Shown here in pieces: positions 1 to 9,117 of a stretch of DNA of 20,592 bases (position 1 is the stretch's first letter; every line of letters starts with the position of its first letter). Source of the stretch: Candidatus Hodarchaeota archaeon (GTDB lineage Archaea > Asgardarchaeota > Heimdallarchaeia > Hodarchaeales > Hodarchaeaceae). The stretch lies in NCBI GenBank assembly GCA_029856365.1, contig JAHQWW010000068.1, positions 1 through 20,592 of the forward strand, written 5' to 3'. The notes under the pieces were generated by a model. The model ran no database searches, was not told the origin of the DNA, and worked only from the letters and a program-made list of their open reading frames with translations. The position numbers and the translations under genes were made by a program.

Positions 1-642
1 ACAAATATGATGCTCCATGCATGGGCTGAAGTTCTCATCCCCATCGTAGAGATAACTCCTGGAAATCCGCCTACAATAGATTCACGAGTAGAATGGGTCA
101 GCTTTGATCCTCTCCTCAAATTTATGTCAGATATACTTCCTATAGGTACTCCTATAGACGTACCTGTCTTATCAGCAGTAGCTAACACTCTCTTGATTGA
201 CTCGGATTGGGATCACCTAAATTATGGCCCATATAATTCTTTTCCTGCTTGGAATCATACTACCGTATTTGATGATAGCAATGACGATCAGCTACATGAT
301 GGTGATCAGATCTTAAACCTTCAACAAACCATAAATATTTCTGCCCGTCTTATGATGATCACATCGGTCACGGAGAATGAATGGATGACCTGGCAACCAA
401 GCTGTGATTATCTTGATACGAAGATGTCTTTCTATTTAGATACATCAAACCAACTAACTTCTGCAGCAGTTTTAATGGGAACATCATCCATTGATGGTTC
501 AGGTTTTGCTAGTGTCAGCTATGATTATGATGTTTTTGAGCACGGAGATACGGTTTGGTTCTTCGCAGTAGTGATTTTTGACGAAGGTACTGGTTTGGAA
601 ATAACAAGAACTGCTAGGTCAGATAGATATAGGATATATTAA
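1..642 (+). CDS. Hypothetical acidic protein, probably the C-terminal part of a larger (possibly extracellular) protein cut by the window edge
   Basis: Frame is open from base 1 (ACA AAT ATG ATG) to TAA at 640-642; D/T/S-rich with a beta-strand-like C-terminus; no family recognised. Confidence 0.6.
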   Translation, partial: TNMMLHAWAEVLIPIVEITPGNPPTIDSRVEWVSFDPLLKFMSDILPIGTPIDVPVLSAVANTLLIDSDWDHLNYGPYNSFPAWNHTTVFDDSNDDQLHDGDQILNLQQTINISARLMMITSVTENEWMTWQPSCDYLDTKMSFYLDTSNQLTSAAVLMGTSSIDGSGFASVSYDYDVFEHGDTVWFFAVVIFDEGTGLEITRTARSDRYRIY

Positions 643-966
643 AGCTAGTCCCAGTCTAAAGTGTCTTTTTCATTAATAAATCTATTTCTCTATGTAGAAA
701 ACACCTTCCTGAATTTTTTTTAGAGAGAGAAATTTATTTTTTAGTGAAGACTATGTTTTTTATTCTTAGAAACCCCCATTTTCCCAGTTTAGACTTCCAC
801 TTGGTTAAAGGAATTAATAGAAAACACTAATATATAATCAAAAGAAAAATAAATAGTTATAAAAACAAAGCCCATATGTCTTTTTCACTTGATAAACCTC
901 AATTCCTCACTGTACAAGTAGGAATGCGGTTAAAATAGAATAGTAATACTGGAGAATGAATGAATA

Positions 967-1287
967 ATGTCAAAAGACAAGATTTATGGATATGGGATCT
1001 GTATTCTAACAATTATCTTCCTAATTTTATACACATATTATGTACCGATCCAGGCATGGATCGGAGCAGATCATGATTTCATGTATAATCCTTTGAATTT
1101 GGCTGTTGAAGACCTAGTCATGGTACCTGTCTATTTAGCAACTTTGATGATCGGATTTATAATTGCCTGGATTGGCTTCACGATGGCCACCACACCTCCT
1201 CCAGAACCTATTGATCTCGATGATCTTAATCTTGACGAGGAGGAGTTTGAAGAAGAAGAGGAGGAAGAGGAAGAAGAAGAAGATTGA
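967..1287 (+). CDS. Small two-TM membrane protein with acidic tail, DPM2-like (dolichol-phosphate mannose synthase regulatory subunit-like)
   Basis: Two hydrophobic helices; pattern D..G.G...YT..V....I...H...L.....V..P resembles eukaryotic DPM2 as recalled from memory; WIGFTMATTPPP motif and poly-Glu tail; GGAG element about 10 nt upstream of ATG. Confidence 0.6.
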   Translation: MSKDKIYGYGICILTIIFLILYTYYVPIQAWIGADHDFMYNPLNLAVEDLVMVPVYLATLMIGFIIAWIGFTMATTPPPEPIDLDDLNLDEEEFEEEEEEEEEEED

Positions 1288-1452
1288 GAGTATAATTCTA
1301 AAATTAATCTTCTTTTTTCTTATCGTCTTTTCTCAACTGAAATGGGATTATTATACCAATTTCTTTTAAATACACATATTATTCAGATCAATACTGGTCT
1401 TTATCGAATCTTCTTTTTCTAATAGTAAATGTTGCCTGTTATTACTTTTTGA

Positions 1453-2505
1453 TTACCATTTTGGATCTGGAATTCCTAATACATTATCAAGAAAGTTAGG
1501 AAAATAGATTGCAATGAAAAAAAGAAGAATAATTATTACTCCTATTAACAAAAGCTGTTTATCTAAGAACAACCGTTCAGCTCTTCGACCAATAATACTA
1601 TTACTGGATACTAGGAATAGATATCGGAAAATTGCAAATGTAAACAAAGGAAGTGCGAGTACTATAAATACTGTTTCGTATGGATGACGTTCTACTAGAT
1701 AGATGAAAACAGCAAGGAGTTCAATTGCAGTAATAGTCGCTAAACTCTGATCTAAGAGCTCTGGGGTATACATATCAAAGACCTGTTTATGTAAACTCGC
1801 TTTATCTTTTAATACTGATATATCACCCTTTCGTTTGGCTAATGAAAGCATCATTGCTGTGATAAAACAAAGAATAATAAGCCAAGGAGAAACAGATACC
1901 GCAATAAGCACGGCACCTGCGATTGCTCGCCAGACATAGTTAACAGAAATCATGATTGTGTCCGCAAATACAATTCGTTTTAAAAAAAGAGAATAAACCT
2001 GGCTAGTGACAAAGAAACCTCCTAAAACTAAAATGAAAGCTGTTTTTGAGGGAATTGAAATGCTAGCATGCTCTATTTCACTTTCTTGACTTGCGAATAA
2101 TGAGATTTCTTTCAGATTAAATTGAACTATTGGTGATGGGGGAAGAATAATTAATACTATTATTATGAGGACAACTAAAAGAAATGTTATTAATAGACCT
2201 AAAAATGGAGAAACCTTCCCAGAAGGAAAAGGACGATTAGATTTTTCAGGATGATAGCGATCTCGTTCTCGGTCCCGAAAGTCATTTATTAGATAGTTTA
2301 AGGAGGAAGTAAGACAAAGTGCGGTGAAAGCCAGAAATATTGGTAACCAAAGATCAATTCGAAACAGATTCCTTGAAAAGAAAAGACCAAAGAAGACAAG
2401 AAAATTCTTATAATATTGATGTGGTCTGAGAAGAACGATTATCGCAAACAAACGGTCATTTAAAGTAATTTGAGATTGTTCTGGTGCTAAATGTTTAGGT
2501 AACAT
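1453..2505 (-). CDS. UbiA-family prenyltransferase, decaprenyl-phosphate phosphoribosyltransferase (DPPR synthase)-like
   Basis: RPHQYYKNFLVF, NYLINDFRDRERDRYHPEKSNRPFPSG, YSLFLK, RAIAGA, SPWL and KRKGD motifs; multiple TM helices. Confidence 0.88.
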   Translation of the reverse strand: MLPKHLAPEQSQITLNDRLFAIIVLLRPHQYYKNFLVFFGLFFSRNLFRIDLWLPIFLAFTALCLTSSLNYLINDFRDRERDRYHPEKSNRPFPSGKVSPFLGLLITFLLVVLIIIVLIILPPSPIVQFNLKEISLFASQESEIEHASISIPSKTAFILVLGGFFVTSQVYSLFLKRIVFADTIMISVNYVWRAIAGAVLIAVSVSPWLIILCFITAMMLSLAKRKGDISVLKDKASLHKQVFDMYTPELLDQSLATITAIELLAVFIYLVERHPYETVFIVLALPLFTFAIFRYLFLVSSNSIIGRRAERLFLDKQLLLIGVIIILLFFIAIYFPNFLDNVLGIPDPKW

Positions 2506-2561
2506 TGAACTATCAGCTCGTATTATCCCTGAACGAATATTTTACTAACTTGATTTTCATC

Positions 2562-2933
2562 TTACTTTTGGTGAAACTGCATGAGCTCAAAAAGAATTAT
2601 ACCAGGATCTAAATCATCTCCAATAGCTGCTAACACGTTGGTGGCATCCATTCGTAAAGCAACAAGATAACGATTAGCTCTTCCTTCTTTAGCCACGATA
2701 CCCCTATTGTTTCGCAAAATCATTTCATAGATCTCATTATTAGAAAGTCGAATTGGCATCGGAGGCATATCGGACTGAAGAACAACTAGGAGATTTGAGT
2801 TAGTAAGAGCTTCCCCAAAAGATTCATCACCTGTTCTCCCGATTACTCCCTCATTCATCTCGAAATGGATGAGTACTTTCAAGTGGAGCTCTTTTTGTAT
2901 ATGACGTAAAGGATATGATGACTTTTGTGGCAT
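2562..2933 (-). CDS. Hypothetical 123-aa protein, probable profilin-like fold
   Basis: Size and helix-strands-helix pattern; IRL...YEMI......IVAK and terminal DPGIILFELMQFHQK resemble the profilin core and C-terminal helix. Confidence 0.45.
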   Translation of the reverse strand: MPQKSSYPLRHIQKELHLKVLIHFEMNEGVIGRTGDESFGEALTNSNLLVVLQSDMPPMPIRLSNNEIYEMILRNNRGIVAKEGRANRYLVALRMDATNVLAAIGDDLDPGIILFELMQFHQK

Positions 2934-3062
2934 GTTAATCCTTTTTATAAAAGTTGAGAAGATTGTAAAAAATGTTTTATTACCTAAAGAAAATCATTTT
3001 ATGTTCGACTAAAGGCTTGATAAAAACTTGTTCTATGAAAAAAGAAATGAGGATCCGTTTTT

Positions 3063-3467
3063 TTGGTGACTTTAACATCGTATCAACGATTTGAGCTTGT
3101 TTTAATTCCAAGTTCTTTTTTGTTTAGCCTGATTTTAGTACTAATATTTGGATTAAACATCATTGGAAGTGAAACGTGGGTATTAATGGGGATTCCAGTA
3201 TTACTGGGGTTCGCAATCAGCATCTTTATTGGGTATTTTTTGAAAAAGAGAAACATGGTTCATGAAATAACGCAATTAGAGTCATTATTTCGATTACTGG
3301 TGTTAGCAGGAGGTGGAGTTTTAATTCCAGTATTAGTGGCTCAAGTTTTTGAACTTTTAACTTTTTCTTCCATCTTTTCGATTCTGTCTCTCATTTTTTC
3401 TGTGTTAGGTTGTACAATGACGATTTCATGCTTTCTTTTATTCTGGCACACACGAACTACTCATTAG
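3063..3467 (+). CDS. Hypothetical four-TM membrane protein
   Basis: Four hydrophobic segments; TTG/GTG start after GAGGA; 3' end overlaps the convergent ACD-beta gene by 11 bp. Confidence 0.65.
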   Translation: MVTLTSYQRFELVLIPSSFLFSLILVLIFGLNIIGSETWVLMGIPVLLGFAISIFIGYFLKKRNMVHEITQLESLFRLLVLAGGGVLIPVLVAQVFELLTFSSIFSILSLIFSVLGCTMTISCFLLFWHTRTTH

Positions 3468-4158
3468 CTTTCAGGATAATTCGGGCATCAACAACCGATA
3501 CTCCCTTTTCAGTAGCAAAAACTGGATTTAAATCTAGCTCTTCGATCTCAGCGTGGTGATTAATAAACTCAGATGTCTTCATCAGTAAATCAACTAAAGA
3601 TTTTTTGTTTACAGGAGGTTGTCCACGGATTCCATCCAGTATTTTTGCTGTTTTTATTTCAGAAAGCATTTCTGTTGCATCCTCGCGGTTAATGGGGATC
3701 AAGCGGAAAACAACATCCTTTAGAACCTCAACATAGATCCCACCCAAACCAAATGCCAAGATTGGTCCGAACATAGGATCAAGAGTCGAACCTACTAAGA
3801 GTTCTATTCCAGATTCCATCTTTTCTACAATATATCCTTCTATCTTTGCATTAGTAGCTTTTTGGGCGATTTTTTGTTGCATTATTTCATACTGCTCTTT
3901 AAGATCCCCATCATTTCTGATTCCAGTAATGACTCCTCCAATATCTGATTTATGAATAATATCTTGAGAACTAACTTTAAGTACAACAGGAAATCCAATC
4001 TTTTGGGCTTCAGCAAGAACCTCATCTAGGTTCGTTCCAAAACCTGTTGGATTTATAGGAAAACCTTCCTGTAATAATATTTTCTTGGATTCCTGAACGG
4101 TAAGAACTTTTCTCCCTTGTTGTATTGCTTTTTCTAGTAATTGTTGAACTTCAGACAA
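3457..4158 (-). CDS. acdB: Acetate/acyl-CoA ligase (ADP-forming) beta subunit, ATP-grasp
   Basis: GFPVVLKVSSQDIIHKSDIGGV, ELLVG..DPMFGP..FGLGGIYVEVLKDV, ELDLNPV and VVDARI motifs. Confidence 0.93.
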   Translation of the reverse strand: MSEVQQLLEKAIQQGRKVLTVQESKKILLQEGFPINPTGFGTNLDEVLAEAQKIGFPVVLKVSSQDIIHKSDIGGVITGIRNDGDLKEQYEIMQQKIAQKATNAKIEGYIVEKMESGIELLVGSTLDPMFGPILAFGLGGIYVEVLKDVVFRLIPINREDATEMLSEIKTAKILDGIRGQPPVNKKSLVDLLMKTSEFINHHAEIEELDLNPVFATEKGVSVVDARIILKANE

Positions 4159-4311
4159 CCTTTCTCCATCTCTTCATCATTATTTATTTCACAATAAGCC
4201 AAGGACATACTTCATTCTGGTAATAGACAGATATTTCATCAATATTTTGAAGTTTTTGATCTCTTTAAGGAAATAGACTTCTCACAAGCGTTGTCAAAAT
4301 TTATTTTAGTA

Positions 4312-5214
4312 TTAATCCAAAGGCATCATCTTACTCAAAACTTTTGTCACTTCGTTAATGTGTATCCCATCGTAACTTTCTCCTTGTAAAATTGTAGCAA
4401 ATTCAGTGTCTTCGCCCATTAAGTCACAGTAGTCAGAAATGACAGCATATATTGCTGCTTGGGTTCCTAAACTACGGACTCCCGCTAGAATGAGAACCCA
4501 ATAATTATGTGCTTCAGGATTCTTAAACAATGCAATTAATCCATGAGCAGGGTGAGAAAAATCTTTATTTCGGCTTATAATCCGATTTTCACTGAAATAA
4601 ATATCAAATTTGGACTTAAGAACATCATTATAATAAGCCGTCAAAGTATTGGTGATATGTCCTCCGATCAGTATTAAATTAGTCTTTTTATTGCCGTTAA
4701 CCTTATTATAGTTTAAGTCTGTACTTACATAATAAGGAACGAACCCTCTTTGCATTGTAATGTGATTTCCTAAATACCAACAGAGCTCCCCAGTAAGAAA
4801 ACCATCACGGGAAATCGCATCATACCGACCATGTGGTTCAGCACTACCGACCACAATTTTACCCATGAATTTACCGTTATTACAGAAATTTTTAGAAAAA
4901 ATCATATCAAATGTTGTTTTATTGTCATTTACGTCATGTTTCGTTAAAGATAACAGAAAGTTACTAGCTATGGGGGTAAAAAGTTTTGCTCGACCACGTT
5001 TTATTGGCCGAATTCCAACTGGTACAAGTAAACCTGCATCTCGCAATTGAGTCAAATGATAATGAACCTTTTGTTCCGATAACTCTAATATTTTGGCAAT
5101 ACTTTTCGCATAAAGTGTTTGGTCATTAGATAAAAGTTCCATTATCTGCCATCGGATATCGTGGGCTAAGATCTGTGCTTTTTTTGGCGAAATTTTGTAT
5201 AGATTCTGTATCAA
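4312..5214 (-). CDS. ArsR-like winged-HTH transcription regulator with C-terminal alpha/beta (S-layer C-terminal-like) domain
   Basis: N-terminal ILAHDIRWQIMELL...IAKILELSEQKVHYHLTQLRDAGLL; C-terminal IVVGSAEPHG, NLILIGGHITN and ILAGVRSLGTQAA. Confidence 0.8.
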   Translation of the reverse strand: MIQNLYKISPKKAQILAHDIRWQIMELLSNDQTLYAKSIAKILELSEQKVHYHLTQLRDAGLLVPVGIRPIKRGRAKLFTPIASNFLLSLTKHDVNDNKTTFDMIFSKNFCNNGKFMGKIVVGSAEPHGRYDAISRDGFLTGELCWYLGNHITMQRGFVPYYVSTDLNYNKVNGNKKTNLILIGGHITNTLTAYYNDVLKSKFDIYFSENRIISRNKDFSHPAHGLIALFKNPEAHNYWVLILAGVRSLGTQAAIYAVISDYCDLMGEDTEFATILQGESYDGIHINEVTKVLSKMMPLD

Positions 5215-5558
5215 TCAGATTGCATCCCCTTGAAAGAATATTGTAGGATTTTAAGGTAAGTTTGACTGTTAGAATTATTACTGATCCAAAATAAACTAGA
5301 TCAGTTAATAAAAAAGATTAGTTAGATTGCCTTTCTCTCAGATTAAAAATTGTTTTTATGAAAACAAATATGAAAAAACCCAATATTTTCTCTTTAAAAG
5401 TGTAGATTTCTCTTCTTGAAATGTCAATTATCTTTTCACTTCAAGAAAAACAAAAGTGAAGACATTTAAATCCTTTCATTAGGATATCAAATGCTTTTAC
5501 CTTTCTCTTAATTGCTATCCATTCTATTTAAATGAAAATCAGGGTTGAATCTTAGATA

Positions 5559-7388
5559 ATGTGCGGAATCATTGCAATTACAACGAGTTCAAAGGCCAAT
5601 GTATCCAAAATGATTACTACTAGTTTAAAAAAACTCGAATACCGTGGTTATGACAGTGTGGGAATTGCTACTATCAACAATGGGAAAGTTGAGATGTTAA
5701 AAGATGTTGGTACTATTGATAAAGTCAATAAGCGATTATCTCTAGAGAATCTCCAGGGAACAATTGGAATTGGTCATACTCGTTGGGCTACTCATGGCGC
5801 AATCAGTCGAGAGAATGCTCATCCGCACTCTGATTGCACAGGAAATATTATAGTTGTCCATAATGGGATTATTGAAAATTATCTCGAACTGAGGAACACC
5901 CTCCAAGAAAATGGCCATAATTTTTCATCAGAAACTGATTCCGAAGTTATCGCTCATCTTATGGAGGAAGAATTAAAACAATTTAATCAAAATTTATCAA
6001 TGATTAATGCCTTTAAGAGAGTTTTAACAAAAATAGAAGGAACATATGCGATCACCTTAATCCATTCCGGAGAACCTGATACAATCTTTTTAGCCCGAAA
6101 AGATAGTCCTTTAGTGATTGGTGTCCGAGAAGATACGAAATTCGCTGCAAGTGATATTCCAGCTTTTTTGGAATATACAAAAAAGGTAATCGTTCTAAAA
6201 AATGGTGAAATTGCCACTTTAACACCACAAGCCGTTTATATTGAAAAAAATGGCTTTAGAGTTCAGCCAAAACCTGTTATTATATCTTGGACTGCCGAGA
6301 GCGCACAAAAAAGTGGCTATCCCCACTTTATGTTGAAAGAAATCCATGAACAGCCAATTGCTCTCAAAAATACTTTGAATACTAATCCAGCAGAGATTAT
6401 GAAGGCCTCAAACAAAATATTAGAAGCAGAAAGGATTATTTTTTTAGCATGTGGAACAAGCTATCACGCAGGATTGACTGGTTACTACCAATTTCAACGA
6501 ATTCTTGGGAAAAAACCATTGTATAAAGTGATTGCTTCAGAATATGAAACCTACTCTCATCTGATTGATGAAGACACTTTAATCATAGCAATTAGCCAAT
6601 CTGGAGAAACTTTGGATGTAATGAAAGGATTAACACCTGCCCGTAAATTAGGTGCCTCAATTGTTTCAGTAGTAAATGTTATTGACTCTTCCATTCCACG
6701 TTATAGTCATATCTCTCTCTATACGAAAGCTGGACCAGAAATTGGTGTTGCTGCAACTAAGACTCATACTGCACAAGTAGCTCTTCTCGCGCGCTTAGCA
6801 CTTCAAGTAGAACATGATATTGGTCTTATGAGCGCAACTGAATTCACTCATATTATAGAGGATCTTAATACACTAACACCACAAATTACTCGATTAATCA
6901 TCAATCAAAATGAATTCAAAGCTAAGCAATTAGCATCGAAGATTACAAATCAAAATCATGCTTATTTTCTCGCAAGGGGTTATAACATGCCCATTGCCCT
7001 AGAGGGGGCATTAAAACTTAAGGAAATTTCGTATATCCACGCAGAAGCGTTTCCTGCGGGTGAAAGTAAGCACGGGCCTATCGCGATTGTTGAACCAGAT
7101 TTTCCCGTAATCATGATTGCTCCAAATGATTGGACTGCTCAAAAAATGTTAAGTAACACAGAAGAAATGCGTGCACGAGGCGCATACATTATTTCTGTAA
7201 CTGAACAGGATCACAGAATTATAAAACGATCTGATTATTCTTTTATCCTGCCTGAAGTAACTATACCTCTACTTAGACCCATTACACATATATTACCTCT
7301 GCAAATGCTTGCTTATTACACTGCTGTTCAACGTGGTTTTGACCCTGATAAGCCAAAGAATTTAGCCAAGACAGTGACTGTTGAATAG
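5559..7388 (+). CDS. glmS: Glutamine--fructose-6-phosphate aminotransferase (isomerizing)
   Basis: MCGI N-terminal nucleophile, LEYRGYDS, GHTRWATHG, HNGIIENY, SQSGET, EGALKLKEISYIHAE and KNLAKTVTVE. Confidence 0.98.
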   Translation: MCGIIAITTSSKANVSKMITTSLKKLEYRGYDSVGIATINNGKVEMLKDVGTIDKVNKRLSLENLQGTIGIGHTRWATHGAISRENAHPHSDCTGNIIVVHNGIIENYLELRNTLQENGHNFSSETDSEVIAHLMEEELKQFNQNLSMINAFKRVLTKIEGTYAITLIHSGEPDTIFLARKDSPLVIGVREDTKFAASDIPAFLEYTKKVIVLKNGEIATLTPQAVYIEKNGFRVQPKPVIISWTAESAQKSGYPHFMLKEIHEQPIALKNTLNTNPAEIMKASNKILEAERIIFLACGTSYHAGLTGYYQFQRILGKKPLYKVIASEYETYSHLIDEDTLIIAISQSGETLDVMKGLTPARKLGASIVSVVNVIDSSIPRYSHISLYTKAGPEIGVAATKTHTAQVALLARLALQVEHDIGLMSATEFTHIIEDLNTLTPQITRLIINQNEFKAKQLASKITNQNHAYFLARGYNMPIALEGALKLKEISYIHAEAFPAGESKHGPIAIVEPDFPVIMIAPNDWTAQKMLSNTEEMRARGAYIISVTEQDHRIIKRSDYSFILPEVTIPLLRPITHILPLQMLAYYTAVQRGFDPDKPKNLAKTVTVE

Positions 7389-7527
7389 AACATCTAATCA
7401 GGAATTTTATCATAATTCCTTTTCTTCAGGCCAAAGGTTGACTCTTTCACAAAACCAAATAACTAGATTTAGTTATTTCATTCAATAGACCACCCTACTC
7501 TCCCCATTAGACATTAATAACTTCTTC

Positions 7528-7863
7528 TTAAAGCAAATTTACTAATTTTTCTGAACGATCAAGTTTCTCATCCTCTTTTTTTTCCTCCTCTTCTACTGGA
7601 ATTCTGTAGAACTTATTTTCATTTCCTACCTGTACACAGATAGCTCCAGGGAGATGGTGCCTAGGATCCAATTTTTCGGAAAAATCATGAAAATGATGAA
7701 CAATTTCATCCCTAGTCTCTGAAACTGCAATTACTCGGCTACCATACAGCAACACCCATTTCCCCTTACATATTGCTTTTCTTAAAAGAGCCTGTATGCT
7801 CCAATAAGACTTTTCCTCTTGAAGGTAATGGTCTAGGAGTGTCAAATGATTTCTTCCACACAA
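7528..7863 (-). CDS. Hypothetical protein with DUF5678-like segment
   Basis: KGKWVLLYGSRVIAVSETRDEI matches the G.WV.....V.A.......V pattern of DUF5678-type small proteins; start codon uncertain. Confidence 0.5.
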   Translation of the reverse strand: MCGRNHLTLLDHYLQEEKSYWSIQALLRKAICKGKWVLLYGSRVIAVSETRDEIVHHFHDFSEKLDPRHHLPGAICVQVGNENKFYRIPVEEEEKKEDEKLDRSEKLVNLL

Positions 7864-8089
7864 TTGATTACAATTGCATTGAAAGGAAAAAAATCATGTG
7901 ACTTTATGATTAGCTATTAAAAAAGCTTATGGTTGGAAATTTTTTCCATCGGAATAAAAGCTTTTTCAGAAGCAGAAGTATGTGAGTAAATGCTATTGAA
8001 GGAGTATGGGGGCAAATTAGTATAATAAATTGATTTTTTTCTTGCATATTATCTCTCTGGGGCTTGGTTTCAAAGGATAAAATAAATAA

Positions 8090-8644
8090 TCAAATCGGTT
8101 CGAAAAGAATCCAAAAATGTAAAGCTAAACCTAAGAATATACTCATAATAACAATACGAATTGTTGAGCCAATTATTCGTTCACGAATTGTACGATCTTT
8201 ACTAGTTTCTACAAAGAAAACCAACCACAGGGTTGATAAAATACCTAGGATTGAGAAAATCAACGCAAGACCATAATACAGGTTAGTGTCAAACAGATAG
8301 ATGTCGGTTCCAAATACATTTATATGAGGATCCCAGGGAGGATAATCAATTGTGTCTGTTGTATTTGTCTCCTCGGTTGTTGTTGTTGTTGTTGTATTAG
8401 TCGCTATTGCTGTATCAGGAGGAGATGTGGTTGTATTTGTTGTATCATCTTGCAAAACAGCTCTTAGAATCTTAATTTCAACTAAGGAGATACCTGTTTT
8501 AGAACTGTCTTCATCTATATGAGATAGGAATTGATTATTCTCTGAACTTTGCAAAATAAAAATCATTGAGCTAGGGACGACATTGAGAAGGATAATCACT
8601 GAAATAATGCAAAATGGTAAGCATAGAGTGCGGTTTAGGGGCAT
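8090..8644 (-). CDS. Hypothetical membrane protein: N-terminal signal/TM, Thr-rich linker, two C-terminal TM helices
   Basis: Hydrophobic N-terminus, DTTNTTTSPP...TNTTTTTTTEETNTT linker with N-x-T sequons, two TM helices; GGAG upstream. Confidence 0.75.
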   Translation of the reverse strand: MPLNRTLCLPFCIISVIILLNVVPSSMIFILQSSENNQFLSHIDEDSSKTGISLVEIKILRAVLQDDTTNTTTSPPDTAIATNTTTTTTTEETNTTDTIDYPPWDPHINVFGTDIYLFDTNLYYGLALIFSILGILSTLWLVFFVETSKDRTIRERIIGSTIRIVIMSIFLGLALHFWILFEPI

Positions 8645-8716
8645 TATTTTTCCTTACTCCGAGGATTGGGCTCAGATTAGAGCCTCTTTCATCGAATTTT
8701 GCTTGAAAAAGGAACT

Positions 8717-8878
8717 TTAAAAAACGTTCCTTAAAAATGACTTTCTTCGTCTTTTTTGAAAGATTTTGTTCAGATTAATTTGAACTATCAAGAAGAATTT
8801 AGTTGGAGAAAGAAATGGTATTTGAACCTCTGAAGGAATTCTAGAAGAAAACTTATTCGTTAATAGATAAGGTGACAA
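8717..8878 (-). CDS. Possible 53-aa basic small protein (not in ORF track)
   Basis: GGAGGT (8887-8882) just before TTG at 8878; open to TAA at 8719-8717: MSPYLLTNKFSSRIPSEVQIPFLSPTKFFLIVQINLNKIFQKRRRKSFLRNVF. No family recognised. Confidence 0.25.
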   Translation of the reverse strand: MSPYLLTNKFSSRIPSEVQIPFLSPTKFFLIVQINLNKIFQKRRRKSFLRNVF

Positions 8879-9004
8879 TATACCTCCCTAAATAATTGAA
8901 AATCCTTAAGAATTACCATTAAACTATTCTAAATAGAAGGAAAAACAAATAAAACGCAATAAATTTCTTCTTAAAAATAAAAGGGAAATGTAACTTGACC
9001 CCTA

Positions 9005-9097
9005 GCGCTGATAGTCTAGTCTGGTTAGGACTCCAGCCTTCCATTCTCACTAAAGAGGAGATAGCTGGCTACCCGGGTTCAAATCCCGGTCGGCGCA
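9005..9097 (+). tRNA. tRNA-Gly(TCC) with 19-nt canonical 37/38 intron (9044-9062)
   Basis: Acceptor GCGCTGA/TCGGCGC-A, anticodon stem CCAGC/GCTGG, CT-TCC-A, T-arm CCGGG-TTCAAAT-CCCGG; BHB helix CTTC/GGAG with 3-nt bulges. Confidence 0.95.
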
Positions 9098-9117
9098 TCC
9101 AATTCTTGATGTTATTT

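Noticed and set aside
768-805. Weak ORB-like string (minus strand CTGGGAAAATGGGGGT)
   Set aside because: Poor core match and no convincing partner box.
1163-1369. 68-aa Lys/Arg-rich ORF
   Set aside because: Alternative frame of the poly-Glu GAA/GAG tract in the DPM2-like gene.
5215-5558. Possible glmS ribozyme upstream of glmS
   Set aside because: AT-rich, with no recognisable ribozyme core or stable stems.
8376-8394. (GTT)n microsatellite
   Set aside because: Simply encodes the poly-Thr linker; not a CRISPR or mobile repeat.
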